DNA of 63,922 bases, the filler included, from Candidatus Woesearchaeota archaeon CG1_02_57_44 (GTDB lineage Archaea > Nanobdellota > Nanobdellia > Woesearchaeales > CG1-02-57-44): assembly GCA_001871415.1 (NCBI GenBank). It is 3 parts of 3 records of this genome, joined end to end, with 100 filler letters (N's around TTAATTAATTAA, not from the genome) between each part and the next. Parts side by side here need not be neighbours in the genome. Positions count along the whole stretch, not along the records: positions 1 to 23,061 come from MNWW01000073.1; 2 more parts are not named here. One strand, given 5' to 3'. Numbering within the stretch: the first letter of the stretch is position 1; each line of letters begins with the position of its first letter. The notes under the pieces are model-generated. The model saw nothing but the letters and a program-made list of their open reading frames with translations, made no database searches and was not told the DNA's origin. The translations under genes and the position numbers were made by a program. Of the stretch, positions 1 to 9,929 are shown piece after piece.

Positions 1-2
1 AG

Positions 3-173
3 AAGATCCTCATGGAGGTTGACAAGACCAAGCGTCGTGTCAACGCGTTGGAGTTCGAGCTCATCCCGCGCATGGACGCGCAGTCCGCGTTCATCAGATT
101 GCGTCTTGAGGAGATGGAGCGCGAGAACACCTTCCGCATGAAGCGCATCAAGAAGAAGGCGCAGGCGGCGTAG
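3..173 (+). CDS. atpD: A/V-type ATP synthase subunit D, C-terminal fragment (5' truncated by window edge)
   Basis: Manual translation [52 protein letters not shown]. 'TKRRVNALE' and 'LEE.ERE' are signature motifs of subunit D. Confidence 0.93.
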   Translation, partial: KILMEVDKTKRRVNALEFELIPRMDAQSAFIRLRLEEMERENTFRMKRIKKKAQAA

Positions 174-303
174 CGCTGATTGCGCAGCGCTGCCGCTCTG
201 ACCATCTTGCTTGTTCTGGAGCGATGACCTGACGTGAGGCGTTGTCCCTATTGCCTTCGCTATCGCAATAAAAAATAAAAGCAGCGCTGTGATTGCGCGG
301 CGC

Positions 304-984
304 ATGGCTGATTTTTCTCTGGAAAAGACCACGCAAGGCCCCGGCGCCCCGCTCGAGCACCTCTGCTCATCATCTCATGGTTTGCATGCTGTCAGCGATG
401 GTATGCTGTTCCACTATCAGGGCAAGCGCTGGCATCCGGTCCCTGTCCGTTCGCCATTTCCGCTGGGGCAGCTGAGCGCGGGCACTGATGCGCTCTATTC
501 GCTGGTGGGCAGGAACACGGTGTTTGAGATAAACCCTGACGGAGACTATCGCCTGCACACGCTGAACACCCCCAAAGCGACGAGCATGGCCGCAGTGGAT
601 GGCATGCTCTTCTACGCGAGTGCTGATGGCGCGCTGTTGACATACAGCGGTGATAACCCCCGTGAAGGACATACTGAGTTCAGCGCAGGCCATACCGTGT
701 CTGTGGGAGATGGTCTCGCTTTGGTGGACGGCGCGGCCTATGACCTGACCGATGGTCTGCGCCACATCACCTTGCTTGAGGAGCCCGTCCAGAGGGCTGT
801 GCTGCTCCCTCGCTACATCGTGGGCATCCAGGACGACCAGGAGACGGTCATCGCGTTTGACCGCAGGGGAGCGATGCAGGCCATGATGCAGATAGATGAA
901 GGAGCGTTCGGCATCATCTCCTTCGGCGCGGGCGTGAAGGTGATCTGCGGGGACAATGCGATACGGGAGTATCATGTGCGATGA
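304..984 (+). CDS. Hypothetical protein, possibly beta-rich/propeller-like
   Basis: Long ORF; A-rich TATA-like element at about 268-281 precedes ATG 304; no recognisable motif. Confidence 0.55.
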   Translation: MADFSLEKTTQGPGAPLEHLCSSSHGLHAVSDGMLFHYQGKRWHPVPVRSPFPLGQLSAGTDALYSLVGRNTVFEINPDGDYRLHTLNTPKATSMAAVDGMLFYASADGALLTYSGDNPREGHTEFSAGHTVSVGDGLALVDGAAYDLTDGLRHITLLEEPVQRAVLLPRYIVGIQDDQETVIAFDRRGAMQAMMQIDEGAFGIISFGAGVKVICGDNAIREYHVR

Positions 985-1132
985 GATCCGCTCCGGCGCG
1001 CCCACAGACACACCCACCTGCGCGCCCACCACATCCTTGAGGAGCGAGGACCGCCCCGGTGAAGAGGAGGCGGAAATGAATTTCGTACAGGGCTGGCGCA
1101 ATGTTATTAAACCCGCCTGATGGCCAACATGC

Positions 1133-1495
1133 ATGCAGCCAGCGGGTGTTCTGTCTCATGCGTCCGGCGCGACGAGCCGCTTCACGTATGCCCAAGCGTC
1201 CAGGGAAACACACAGCCAACAACCCCTTGAGCAGCGCCTCTTTGAGCTGCCCGGTTGCTGGGCGACGACAGACGGCGATTACCGAGTGACATTCATCGCG
1301 CGCGATCCGCAGGAGGGGAGTATGCGTGCCGTGGAACATGTGCTGCTCGCGCCCATCATGGAGATCAGCGTGATGGCAGGCAGGCTATGCGTCAAGCACC
1401 CGCAAAACGTGTACACCATCGTTGGTTATGATGCAGAAGCGGACAGGATAACAGAAAAGTATCGTGTACACACACCCCCGCACAGGGGGTATTAG
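1133..1495 (+). CDS. Hypothetical protein
   Basis: 120-aa ORF with a TTATTAAA element about 25 nt upstream; no motif recognised. Confidence 0.45.
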   Translation: MQPAGVLSHASGATSRFTYAQASRETHSQQPLEQRLFELPGCWATTDGDYRVTFIARDPQEGSMRAVEHVLLAPIMEISVMAGRLCVKHPQNVYTIVGYDAEADRITEKYRVHTPPHRGY

Positions 1496-1575
1496 TGTTG
1501 AGGTGTTGGCGATTCCTTCTCACGCACCGCTATCAGGACTCCATGCTGAGCAACCGACCCGTGCGGTAAAGGACT

Positions 1576-2355
1576 TCACAGCGCGATATCCAGCATCACC
1601 GGGCAATGGTCAGAGCCCATGACCGATGGCAGGATGACGCTCTTCTTCACCTGCTGCATCAGCCGCCGTGACGTGAGGAAATAGTCGATGCGCCACCCCA
1701 CATTATTGGCGCGCGCGTTGCCCATGTACGCCCACCAGGTGTAGTGTCCGCCGTCCTTGGTGAAGTGTCGGAACGTGTCGACGAACCCTCCACCCGCAGA
1801 AAGCAGAGCTGAAAATCCTTCGCGCTCCTCGTCCGTGAATCCTGCATTCCCTCGGTTAGGACCTGGCCGCGCAAGGTCGATATCCTCGTGCGCGACATTG
1901 AGGTCGCCGCAGGCGATGACAGGTTTCTTCCTGTCCAGAGCGGCCAGATGCGCCTTGAATGTCCTGTCCCATTCCTGACGCTCCGGCAATCGCGTAAGAG
2001 CTCGTTGCGCATTGACCGTGTAGCAGTTGACAAGATAGAAGCTGCCATAGTCGAGAGTCATGACCCTGCCCTCCGTATCGTGCTGGCTGCCGATGCCAAA
2101 AGCAGTATGCGTCGGCGAGACCTTGGTCAGCACCGCTGTGCCTGAATACCCTGGCCGCTCAGCCGCGTGCCATAAGACGTGATATCCTGCAAGCGCCGTC
2201 ACCGATGTGAGAAGCCCTGCGCCAAGCGCCTGCTCCTGCGTCGCCTTGACCTCCTGCAGGCAGAGCATATCCGGCCGCTCTCTTGCGACGAACGCTCCGA
2301 ACCCCTTGTTCAGTATCGCCCGGATGCCATTGACATTCCAGGAGATGAGTCTCAT
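1576..2355 (-). CDS. xth: Exodeoxyribonuclease III / AP endonuclease
   Basis: Motifs MRLISWNVNG, LCLQEVK, GDLNVAH, GWRIDYFL and GSDHCPV. Start moved to ATG 2355. Confidence 0.96.
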   Translation of the reverse strand: MRLISWNVNGIRAILNKGFGAFVARERPDMLCLQEVKATQEQALGAGLLTSVTALAGYHVLWHAAERPGYSGTAVLTKVSPTHTAFGIGSQHDTEGRVMTLDYGSFYLVNCYTVNAQRALTRLPERQEWDRTFKAHLAALDRKKPVIACGDLNVAHEDIDLARPGPNRGNAGFTDEEREGFSALLSAGGGFVDTFRHFTKDGGHYTWWAYMGNARANNVGWRIDYFLTSRRLMQQVKKSVILPSVMGSDHCPVMLDIAL

Positions 2356-2434
2356 GATAAGCCCTCTGCCCGAAAGACAATATGCCCAAAGAGCATACGC
2401 CCGGATGGTAAACTGACCCGGCAATCACCGCCAG

Positions 2435-3235
2435 TCACTTCGCCTTCCCCTGGTTCTTGACCGCTGCGATGCGCTCGGCCAGCGCTGCATCGTCGAGCAG
2501 GAACTCGCGCCTGATGAAGCGCAACTCCGCGTCCAGATGCAGCACGAGCGGCACGCCTGTGGGGATGTTGAACTCGACGATCTCATCATCAGGCATGCCT
2601 TCGATGAGCTTGACGAGCGCGCGCAGGGAATTGCCATGGGCAGCGACGAGCACCCGCTTGCCATCGCGCACTACCGGCGCGATGGACTGCTCCCAGTAGG
2701 GCTGCACGCGAGCGACCGTGTCCTTGAGGCATTCGGTCAGCGGCAGCTGCTCTTTGGTGACCTCCTGATACATGGGATCATTGCCTGGCCAGCGCTCATC
2801 CTCCGGGGTCAGCGCCGGCGGAGGGACATCGTAGCTGCGTCGCCAGATGTGTACCTGCTCCTCGCCGTACTTGGCTGCCATCTCGGCCTTGCTCAGGCCC
2901 TGCAGCGCGCCGTAGTGGCGCTCATTGAGCCGCCAGCTGCGATGCACCGGTATCCACATGAGCCCCATGTCATCGAGCACCAGCCACAGCGTCCTGATGG
3001 CGCGCTTCTGATAGCTGGTGAACGCGATATCGAACCGATAGCCTCGGTCAGCCAGGAGCTTCGCTCCTTCATGAGCTTCCTGGATGCCCTTGTCAGTGAG
3101 ATCAACATCCGTCCAGCCCGTGAAGCGGTTCTCTTTGTTCCATGCGCTCTCGCCATGGCGAAGGAGCACAAGTCTATGTCCAGTATCGTTGTTTCCAGTA
3201 AGATTGTCTCCAGTATCGTGTTGCAAGGCAGTCAC
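2435..3235 (-). CDS. gpmA: 2,3-bisphosphoglycerate-dependent phosphoglycerate mutase
   Basis: Motifs [41 protein letters not shown] and IPTGVP; short repeat-derived N-terminal extension. Confidence 0.96.
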   Translation of the reverse strand: MTALQHDTGDNLTGNNDTGHRLVLLRHGESAWNKENRFTGWTDVDLTDKGIQEAHEGAKLLADRGYRFDIAFTSYQKRAIRTLWLVLDDMGLMWIPVHRSWRLNERHYGALQGLSKAEMAAKYGEEQVHIWRRSYDVPPPALTPEDERWPGNDPMYQEVTKEQLPLTECLKDTVARVQPYWEQSIAPVVRDGKRVLVAAHGNSLRALVKLIEGMPDDEIVEFNIPTGVPLVLHLDAELRFIRREFLLDDAALAERIAAVKNQGKAK

Positions 3236-3389
3236 CTGACCAGTCCGGCACCGGAGGAATATTTAATGGTTTTGGATATGGGCCCGGAGTCCCGCTGGCG
3301 ACGGCTTAGCGGCAGGATGCAGACCTAATATCGCAGACCTAATATTATTAAACTGCGCTGCATCCCACCGTGGATAAGGGGGTGTTTGC

Positions 3390-3785
3390 ATGGATGTCAT
3401 CGGTATAATCGTCGCGACTGTCGTGAGCACAGCATTGGGCATGTGGTGGTATGGCCCTGGATTCGGTAAGCTCTGGACACAGCTTGCGGGCATCAGCAAG
3501 AAGCAGCGGGCCGACGCCAGGAAGATGGCTCCAAAAGCGATGTTGGCGGGCATCATCTCCACCCTCGTCATGGCCTATGTCATGGACCTGTTCATCATCA
3601 TGGCTGGCGCGGGCACCGCTGCTGCCGGCACATTAATAGGCCTGTTGGCATGGCTGGGATTCATCGCCACGACCAGCTTCGGGCGTGTCATCTGGGAAGG
3701 AGGATCAGTCCGCCTCTACTACCTGAACAGCGCCTATAACCTGCTCTCGCTGGCCCTTATGGGAGCGATACTGGCCGTCCTGTGA
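3390..3785 (+). CDS. DUF1761-type membrane protein
   Basis: Four hydrophobic segments with a 'GMWWYGPGFGKLW' motif; GGGGGTG RBS upstream. Confidence 0.8.
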   Translation: MDVIGIIVATVVSTALGMWWYGPGFGKLWTQLAGISKKQRADARKMAPKAMLAGIISTLVMAYVMDLFIIMAGAGTAAAGTLIGLLAWLGFIATTSFGRVIWEGGSVRLYYLNSAYNLLSLALMGAILAVL

Positions 3786-3934
3786 TGCGTCCTCAGGAGT
3801 GAAAGGGAGTGAAGGAACACGACCAAAGGATGGCGATAGCAGCATAAGCACCCACCATCTGCACCAATCATCTGAGGGCCGCGTCTAGCTGCTGACCCGT
3901 CTGCCTGACCCTGCCTGACACGTCTGCTGATGCA

Positions 3935-4420
3935 TCAGGACCGATATGCTCCCGCGGCCACGAGATACTGCTGCGTACCGATTCTCGCAGGCACCACATA
4001 CAAGGTCTTCAGGGTTGGTTCTATCTCGTCCGGCTTGATCCACCAGTAGTCCACAAAGCCCCCACCTTCACGCGCTGTGTCGCGAAGCTCATACCCATAG
4101 TTCTTCTCATAATAATCCTTGTCGTCACCGACATAGCTGTTCTCCTTTGAGACGTCCTGGGGATGATAGACCGCAGTGCCGTCGATGGTCCAGACTAGGT
4201 AATCCGCCCGGTCCCATGGCGCCTCTTTGAGCGTCGCATAGTCGCCTCCCTCGCCGAGCATGGTGGCGGCGTCGATGGCCAGCTGCCGTATCTGGTCCTT
4301 GGTCAGAGGCTTGTCCGTTGATGATAGCAATGAGCAGCCCGCGAGCAGTAGTACTGCAACAACCATCATGGCCCCAACCGCCAATGGTTTCTGACCGTTT
4401 ACCGCAAGATTCCAAACCAT
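3935..4420 (-). CDS. Stand-alone single Cache-domain lipoprotein
   Basis: Lipobox-like LLLAGC; Cache-type motifs 'VYHP' and 'GGGFVDYWWIKP...KTLYV...VAAGAY'. TTTTTTATT about 25 nt upstream supports a start at ATG 4420. Confidence 0.75.
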   Translation of the reverse strand: MVWNLAVNGQKPLAVGAMMVVAVLLLAGCSLLSSTDKPLTKDQIRQLAIDAATMLGEGGDYATLKEAPWDRADYLVWTIDGTAVYHPQDVSKENSYVGDDKDYYEKNYGYELRDTAREGGGFVDYWWIKPDEIEPTLKTLYVVPARIGTQQYLVAAGAYRS

Positions 4421-4488
4421 GAAACCACTCAGACACATCATCAATAAAAAACTACCGGTGCGAACGGACCCTTGGACTGCAGATTCAG

Positions 4489-4546
4489 ACAACCATAGCC
4501 AACCATCCGAACAACCATAGCCAACCATCCGAACAACCATAGCCAA
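4489..4546. repeat. 22-bp tandem repeat, about 2.6 copies (ACAACCATAGCCAACCATCCGA)
   Basis: Units at 4489-4510, 4511-4532 and partial 4533-4546. Confidence 0.95.
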
Positions 4547-4884
4547 GCTGTGGTCGCGCTCCATGAGCCGTGAGTCGAGCAGCACATCCTGATAGCCGAC
4601 CACGCGCTCTGCCTACGCTCCGAGCCTCCACGCCCCAGGAGCAGCGGCAACCCTCCTTCCACCGCAGGCACTGCCCTGCCGATCGCCAGCAAGCAGGTCT
4701 GCACGGCCCGCGAGAGCGGCGAGCTGACGATCACATCCAGCGAAGGCAAGACCCCAGACAGATACAAATCACGTGCCTGCTGCATGCCCTTGGCAGTAAG
4801 CTGCCAGTCTGCCTGTCCTGCCCAGAGATGCCGCACATTCGCTTTGCTCCCGCCGTGCCGCACGAACCAGTACTGATTGCTCAC
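4547..4884 (-). pseudogene. Frameshifted, truncated histidine phosphatase (PGM-like)
   Basis: WFVRHGGS...VSSPLSRAVQT lies in one frame. The expected 'LLDSRLMERD' motif lies in another frame (about 4550-4590), and homology ends at a 22-bp tandem repeat. Confidence 0.7.
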
Positions 4885-4954
4885 TTCAATCACACCGCAC
4901 AGGCAAGACACCTGCTCAGCAGGCTAGCGCTCGACATCGCTGCCAGGGAGTACC

Positions 4955-6310
4955 CTAATGGAACATGCCCTCCAGCGCGCCCAGACGTTGATGCAGCTTG
5001 TCAAGATGCGCCAGCTGCGCCTTCATGATGATCTTGTAGCTCTCCACGCCCGGCTGGCCGAAGTAGCCGAAGGGCGATGCCATACCGCCATCGAATTCCA
5101 TGTCAAGACCATACATCTGTCCCAGCAGGACGGTAGCCACCATGTCGCGCATGAGCAATTGCCCCATGGCACCAGCTGACGTGTCCCGCAGGAACGTCGT
5201 GTAGCTGGGCCTGCCAGCGTCAGCGAGCGACTGCGCGATGCCAAGGTAGGCGGCGAATTCCACATCACGCATGGTCTCGCCTGCGTATTTGGGGTCAGGA
5301 TTCTGCAGCAGCGCGCCCTGGTTGACCGGAAACACGAACTGATGGAACGTCGCGTTCGCGCCTTCCCTCCAGCCCTGAAAGTAGCTATGCGCCTTGTTGG
5401 ACAGCTCCGAGGTCTTGGTGGTGATGTTGATATCAGGCCGATGCACCAGGGATTCCTCGGTCAGCTGACCCAGCCAATCACCGTATTTGACGAGCCGTGG
5501 ACTGAAGACGCCGGTGTTCCAGACTGTCTTGCCATGCTGCGTGTTGAGCGCATAGGCATGCGCCGCAAGCTCGAGCGCGGGATTGTCCTCAATGCTCCTG
5601 CCGGATACGCATCGCTCGAGCATATGCACACCACCTGCATGGAACGCGTCGATATCAACGCCAAGCGCCGCCATAGTGAACAGGTTAGCCGCATGGAACG
5701 CCGTGTACCTTCCAGACATGGCGCCTTCGATACCAAGGAATTCCTGCCCTTGTGCCAGTGCGCCATCTTCATGCTCATAGCCGAGGATAGCGACCTGCCC
5801 GCTGATGCCTGGCACATTCTTGACCATGACCGCATAGGCAGTCAGGGTCTCTTTGGTGCCGTTGCTCCTGCTCACCTTGACCGCCACGGTGCGCTTGCCT
5901 TCCAGCGACGCTATGACATCAGAGAGATGCTGGTTGTTGAGTGTGGTGATAGGATGGTATTCCGCACGGCCATCGCCAGCTGCGCTGATGAGGCAGGTGG
6001 CTCCCAGCTCCGATCCTCCGATGCCGCAGTGCACGACCGCGTCTATCTCGTCCTGGTCGAGCGCGACGAGCATACCTTTGACCTTCTCGCGCAATCCCGC
6101 GTCGCGTGGGCTGTTGAGCACACCGAGCGGTCCATCGAATCCGTAGTTCTCATCGGCGCCCTTCATGGATACGGCCTGCATCCTACCCAGCAGGTCCTGC
6201 ACTCCCGCATCGTTCGCGACTGCGTATATCTCCGACGGTCTGAGTCCCACTGGTCGTTGACTGTGCGTAAAATCCTGCCAGAGCAGGTCACCGTGTTGCA
6301 TGGTTGCCAT
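4955..6310 (-). CDS. pgi: Glucose-6-phosphate isomerase (divergent)
   Basis: Motifs GIGGSELG, VSRSNGTKET, SGRYT, QLTEESL, HSYFQ and FGQPGVESYK; GGAGG RBS before ATG 6310. Confidence 0.85.
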   Translation of the reverse strand: MATMQHGDLLWQDFTHSQRPVGLRPSEIYAVANDAGVQDLLGRMQAVSMKGADENYGFDGPLGVLNSPRDAGLREKVKGMLVALDQDEIDAVVHCGIGGSELGATCLISAAGDGRAEYHPITTLNNQHLSDVIASLEGKRTVAVKVSRSNGTKETLTAYAVMVKNVPGISGQVAILGYEHEDGALAQGQEFLGIEGAMSGRYTAFHAANLFTMAALGVDIDAFHAGGVHMLERCVSGRSIEDNPALELAAHAYALNTQHGKTVWNTGVFSPRLVKYGDWLGQLTEESLVHRPDINITTKTSELSNKAHSYFQGWREGANATFHQFVFPVNQGALLQNPDPKYAGETMRDVEFAAYLGIAQSLADAGRPSYTTFLRDTSAGAMGQLLMRDMVATVLLGQMYGLDMEFDGGMASPFGYFGQPGVESYKIIMKAQLAHLDKLHQRLGALEGMFH

Positions 6311-6408
6311 GATTCTTGCCTCCATTCATGTATGTTGTTCATGTACCGTTCGCGTTCATCATGTACCGTTCGCTTTTGTCAGGTGATACGAGTCCCACCC
6401 CTGCCTCG

Positions 6409-7749
6409 TCAGTACCGAAGCCCTATGCGCTGCCACGCACCGTTGAGCGCCTCCTGGCCTATCTCACCAAGAGAAGGCCCCTGAGCAGACAGCGCATCAA
6501 GGGTGCCCAGCTGCTCGCACTTGATGCCTCCATTGCTCGCCGACTCCCGGAGTTTCCAGCGAAGCTCTGACGGGAACGGCGATATGCCGTCGATGCGCAG
6601 CGCTGAGCTGGCTGTGGCGAAGGCCATGATGTGGTAGATCTCGCTCTGCGCGTCCTGGTTCATGCCAAAGTAGTGCTCATGCTTGACGACGCCCGCGCAG
6701 AAGAAATCGCCGGCACCGTTGTACTGCTTTCCGTCGACAGGGAAGATGCCGACGCGATAGACATTGCCCCTGCGTCCAACGCCGATGCTCCCATACCCTC
6801 CGAGCGTGAGATAGATGCGCCGTACCGTCTCACCTTGCGCGTCCCGCACTTCACGGAGGGCCTCGAACAGCTGTCCATAGCTGATGTCAGATTCCTCTTG
6901 AGGAACATCCCGGCCAGTGAAGGCAAGTAGGTCCTCTGGACTGAACACCATGATGAATCCCTTCGGCACTGCCTCATTCCAAAGCAAGTCATAGGAACCG
7001 TCCATCTTCGGTGTCACTGCTGCCACACCGACAGGCGTGCGCTCCAGCCGTTGCTGCCCATACCTACCAAGGGCCTCGCGCACCATGCCAGGATGCTTGG
7101 CGGAATCAATGACAATTGTGCCTATCTTGTAGGCCAGTTCGCTGGTATCCACGGCGAAAGACGCAGGTGCAGGGATGCCCGGCCCCCGGGTGATGGCTCT
7201 GCCGCCATCGTGCTCAAAGACCATGTTGATTTGGTCCTGCGCTCCCGCGACCCCGATATACAGCGGGTCGACACCACGCATGAGATCGCGGTCTCTATCG
7301 AGCCCCTCACCTCGCAGCGATACCAGCGCCATGGGCGCCGTGGTCATGTAGCGGAACGCGTCAGCGACATTGGCGATGCCGCCACCTGCGGACAGTACAC
7401 AATCGACCCGATCAGTATAGGTTATGACCTGCGGAATTTTAGGCGCAGGGCCTTGTCCGCTGGTATGTTTCCTGCTCGCTTGCAGCGAGAAGGCAGCATC
7501 AGCGGGATCCGCCTTGTCCGCGAGATGCGGTCCAGCGATCTCCGCGAGCTTGCGGCCTTTCTGATAGATGTGAAAGACGCTGCCCTCTGGAAAAGATAGC
7601 CTGCCGTCCTTCAGCTTATCGGTGTATGGCACGGTGCAATCATAGTTGACATCACCAAAGCCGAGCACCCCGCTGCTGCTGGAGCGCTGATACAGGTCCA
7701 GTACGAGCTCAGCGAGCCCTCCAGCACCTGAAGCACCACTACGCCCCAC
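6409..7749 (-). CDS. Divergent PfkB/ribokinase-family carbohydrate kinase
   Basis: Motifs VLGFGDVNYD, AGGGIANVA, YLTLGGYG and anion-hole NGAGDFFCAG; AGGTGA RBS before GTG 7749. Confidence 0.75.
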   Translation of the reverse strand: MGRSGASGAGGLAELVLDLYQRSSSSGVLGFGDVNYDCTVPYTDKLKDGRLSFPEGSVFHIYQKGRKLAEIAGPHLADKADPADAAFSLQASRKHTSGQGPAPKIPQVITYTDRVDCVLSAGGGIANVADAFRYMTTAPMALVSLRGEGLDRDRDLMRGVDPLYIGVAGAQDQINMVFEHDGGRAITRGPGIPAPASFAVDTSELAYKIGTIVIDSAKHPGMVREALGRYGQQRLERTPVGVAAVTPKMDGSYDLLWNEAVPKGFIMVFSPEDLLAFTGRDVPQEESDISYGQLFEALREVRDAQGETVRRIYLTLGGYGSIGVGRRGNVYRVGIFPVDGKQYNGAGDFFCAGVVKHEHYFGMNQDAQSEIYHIMAFATASSALRIDGISPFPSELRWKLRESASNGGIKCEQLGTLDALSAQGPSLGEIGQEALNGAWQRIGLRY

Positions 7750-8941
7750 GACGATCACCTGCGCCGCTGCCAGCGCTGACCCCTGCCACGCCAAGATAGG
7801 GCCTGCTGCCCGCTGGATACCGTGACATCTCCTGCCGCAGCAAGGGCTCGATGCCCACGCCAGACAATTGCGTGGCGATTATATCCACGACCCGGTTGGC
7901 ATAGCCCCACTCGTTATCGTACCAGGCAACGACCTGTACCTGGTTCTTGCCGAGGCGCTGGGTGTAGCCTTCATCGACGACCGACGACGCCGGGTTGCCG
8001 ACTATCCAGCTGCTCACGACAGGTTCAGCAGTATACTGCACGATACCGTCCAGCCCTTTCATGCCCGCCCGCAGCGTCTCACGTAGCTCATCCGTGCTCG
8101 GGTCATCCTTCAGGGTCAACACCATGTCGACCGCGGACCCTGTCGCCACAGGGACACGCCAGGCCATGCCCGTGATGTCCGCGTCAAGGTCAGGCAGCAC
8201 CTGTCCGATGGCCTTGCGCGCCCCGGTCGTGGTGGGCACGATATTCTCGCCTGCCGCGTAGCCGCGCCGGGCATCATCGTGCACGCTGTCCACCAGCTTC
8301 TGGTCATTGGTGTACGCGTGCACCGTGCGCAATATCCCGCCGCTGACGCCGTATGCGTCATTGAGTATCTTGATGAGCGGCGCTGAGCAATTGGTGGTGC
8401 AGGAAGCGTTGCTGTACAGCGAGAATCCTGCCGCAGGGACATTGAAGGCGTTCACGCCCAACACGGCCGTATAGATCTTGGAGTCATCCGCGTCGCCATG
8501 CGGCCTGGTGAGCAACATGTATTTCGCCCCCGCGTCCAGATGCGCCGAGAGCGTATCAGACGTCTTGAACGCGCCGGTCGCCTCGACGACAACATCGATG
8601 CCCAGGTCACCCCAAGGCAGCTGCCGCGCGTCGCGCTCGCTGGTCAGCGTGACCTGCTGGTGGCCAATGCGCAGACCATCACCGTCAGCTTGCACCCTAT
8701 ACGGCGCGTGACCCAGATTGGTGCTATAGCGCAGCAACGGCGCGAGCTGCTCGGCGCCGCAGAGGTCATTGATAGCGACGATGTCGACATTCATGCGCTC
8801 GACATCGTCGGCGTATCCCATATGGTCGCCGTTCGGGTCGACAGCTTCGCCGTCAAAGCGCATCGGGTCAAGATGCTTGTTCATCGCCGCCCTAATGACG
8901 TTACGCCCTATCTGTCCAGCCCCGTTGATCGCTACTCTCAT
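7739..8941 (-). CDS. gap: Type I (bacterial-type) glyceraldehyde-3-phosphate dehydrogenase
   Basis: Motifs VAINGAGQIGR, catalytic SNASCTTNC, VHAYTNDQ and WYDNEWGY; carries an N-terminal insert and a C-terminal extension. Confidence 0.95.
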   Translation of the reverse strand: MRVAINGAGQIGRNVIRAAMNKHLDPMRFDGEAVDPNGDHMGYADDVERMNVDIVAINDLCGAEQLAPLLRYSTNLGHAPYRVQADGDGLRIGHQQVTLTSERDARQLPWGDLGIDVVVEATGAFKTSDTLSAHLDAGAKYMLLTRPHGDADDSKIYTAVLGVNAFNVPAAGFSLYSNASCTTNCSAPLIKILNDAYGVSGGILRTVHAYTNDQKLVDSVHDDARRGYAAGENIVPTTTGARKAIGQVLPDLDADITGMAWRVPVATGSAVDMVLTLKDDPSTDELRETLRAGMKGLDGIVQYTAEPVVSSWIVGNPASSVVDEGYTQRLGKNQVQVVAWYDNEWGYANRVVDIIATQLSGVGIEPLLRQEMSRYPAGSRPYLGVAGVSAGSGAGDRRGA

Positions 8942-9198
8942 AGGTTCCACCTCAAGGTCGTTTTATTATCCATGAAGAAAAGGACAGGACATGCGATGGA
9001 AAGGACAGAATATGCAATGAAGAGAACAGGAAATGCGATGAAGAGAACAGGATATGCGATGAAGAGAACAGGAAATGCGATGAAGAGAACAGGATAGGCG
9101 ATGGATGCCAGCATGCAGCAGCGTCGAGCAAGGCCGCCCTGCGCCACGCGCCGCTGCGCCGGCCCGACCAGTTTCCGACGACCAGGATCGCGTCTCAT
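8938..9198 (-). CDS. Possible small repeat-derived membrane protein, (IAYPVLF)n
   Basis: ATGA overlaps with both the upstream gene's stop (9195-9198) and the gap start (8938-8941); hydrophobic 7-aa repeats. Confidence 0.4.
   Translation of the reverse strand: MRRDPGRRKLVGPAQRRVAQGGLARRCCMLASIAYPVLFIAFPVLFIAYPVLFIAFPVLFIAYSVLSIACPVLFFMDNKTTLRWNL
8972..9103. repeat. 21-bp tandem repeat, about 6 copies (ATGCGATGAAGAGAACAGGAW)
   Basis: Units start at 8991, 9012, 9033, 9054 and 9075, with degenerate flanking copies. Confidence 0.95.
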
Positions 9199-9929
9199 TT
9201 CAGCACCGTCCCTGGCGGTATCCTGCCAGCCGCGAGCAGCGCTTCGGTCTGCTCAAGGCGTTCGAGCGTTCCGATGTCGCAATGGTAGTTGCCCGGCTGC
9301 ACATGGCAATACGCCTGTCCAAGCGCGACGTACTTCGGGATCACTTCTGACGAGAAATCACGTCCATAGCCCACAAGCTCATCTTCCAGCAGCCGTGGCT
9401 CGCAGATGAATTCAGGGATATTGGCAAGCAACGGCAGCGTCGGTTTCTCTTCCCAGGACACGATCTTGCCCAGATCGTCTGTCGAGAGATGGCTCGTTCC
9501 GACCGGGATGCCCCATAGCCCTGCCATAGTGATGGTCGCCTTGCGTCGCTCATGGAACTCGCGCATCTGCAGATAGTTGGTGCCTGAAAGTGTATCACCG
9601 TAGACGACAAGAAACGGCTCATCCGGTGTCAGGTATGGTGCCGCTTTCGCTATCTCCCCAGCGGTGTTGGGCAACTGCAAAGGATCATCTGGACTCGCCG
9701 CGTAGTGAAGCCATACACCCAGCCGCTCTCCGTCGCCGAGATAGTCTTGTATCTGCTGGCCCTTGACGCCACAGGTGACGACGATCTGCCTGACTTGATT
9801 GTCCCGCATATGGTCGATGATGCGCTCGATGAGCGGCTTGCCCGCGACAGGCACCAGTGACTTGGGGATATCATTCGTCAATGGGCGCATCCGCGTGCCA
9901 AGACCGTTGGCGAGTATGACGCCATTCAT
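9195..9929 (-). CDS. NDP-sugar pyrophosphorylase / nucleotidyltransferase
   Basis: Motifs GVILANGLGTRMRPLTNDIPKSLVPVAGKP, VVYGD, EEKP and DIGTLE. Confidence 0.9.
   Translation of the reverse strand: MNGVILANGLGTRMRPLTNDIPKSLVPVAGKPLIERIIDHMRDNQVRQIVVTCGVKGQQIQDYLGDGERLGVWLHYAASPDDPLQLPNTAGEIAKAAPYLTPDEPFLVVYGDTLSGTNYLQMREFHERRKATITMAGLWGIPVGTSHLSTDDLGKIVSWEEKPTLPLLANIPEFICEPRLLEDELVGYGRDFSSEVIPKYVALGQAYCHVQPGNYHCDIGTLERLEQTEALLAAGRIPPGTVLK

Noticed and set aside
3935..4603. 222-aa ORF as a phosphatase-Cache fusion
   Set aside because: The upstream part is the pseudogene tail plus the repeat. A TATA-like element and signal peptide support a separate start at 4420.
5342..6484. Long antisense ORFs (for example 5342-6484, 29762-30697, 53689-54633)
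   Set aside because: They lie opposite well-supported genes and are expected in GC-rich DNA.
7739..7794. Frameshifted gap-PfkB fusion suggested by a 56-nt ORF overlap
   Set aside because: An AGGTGA RBS with GTG at 7749 gives an ordinary short overlap.
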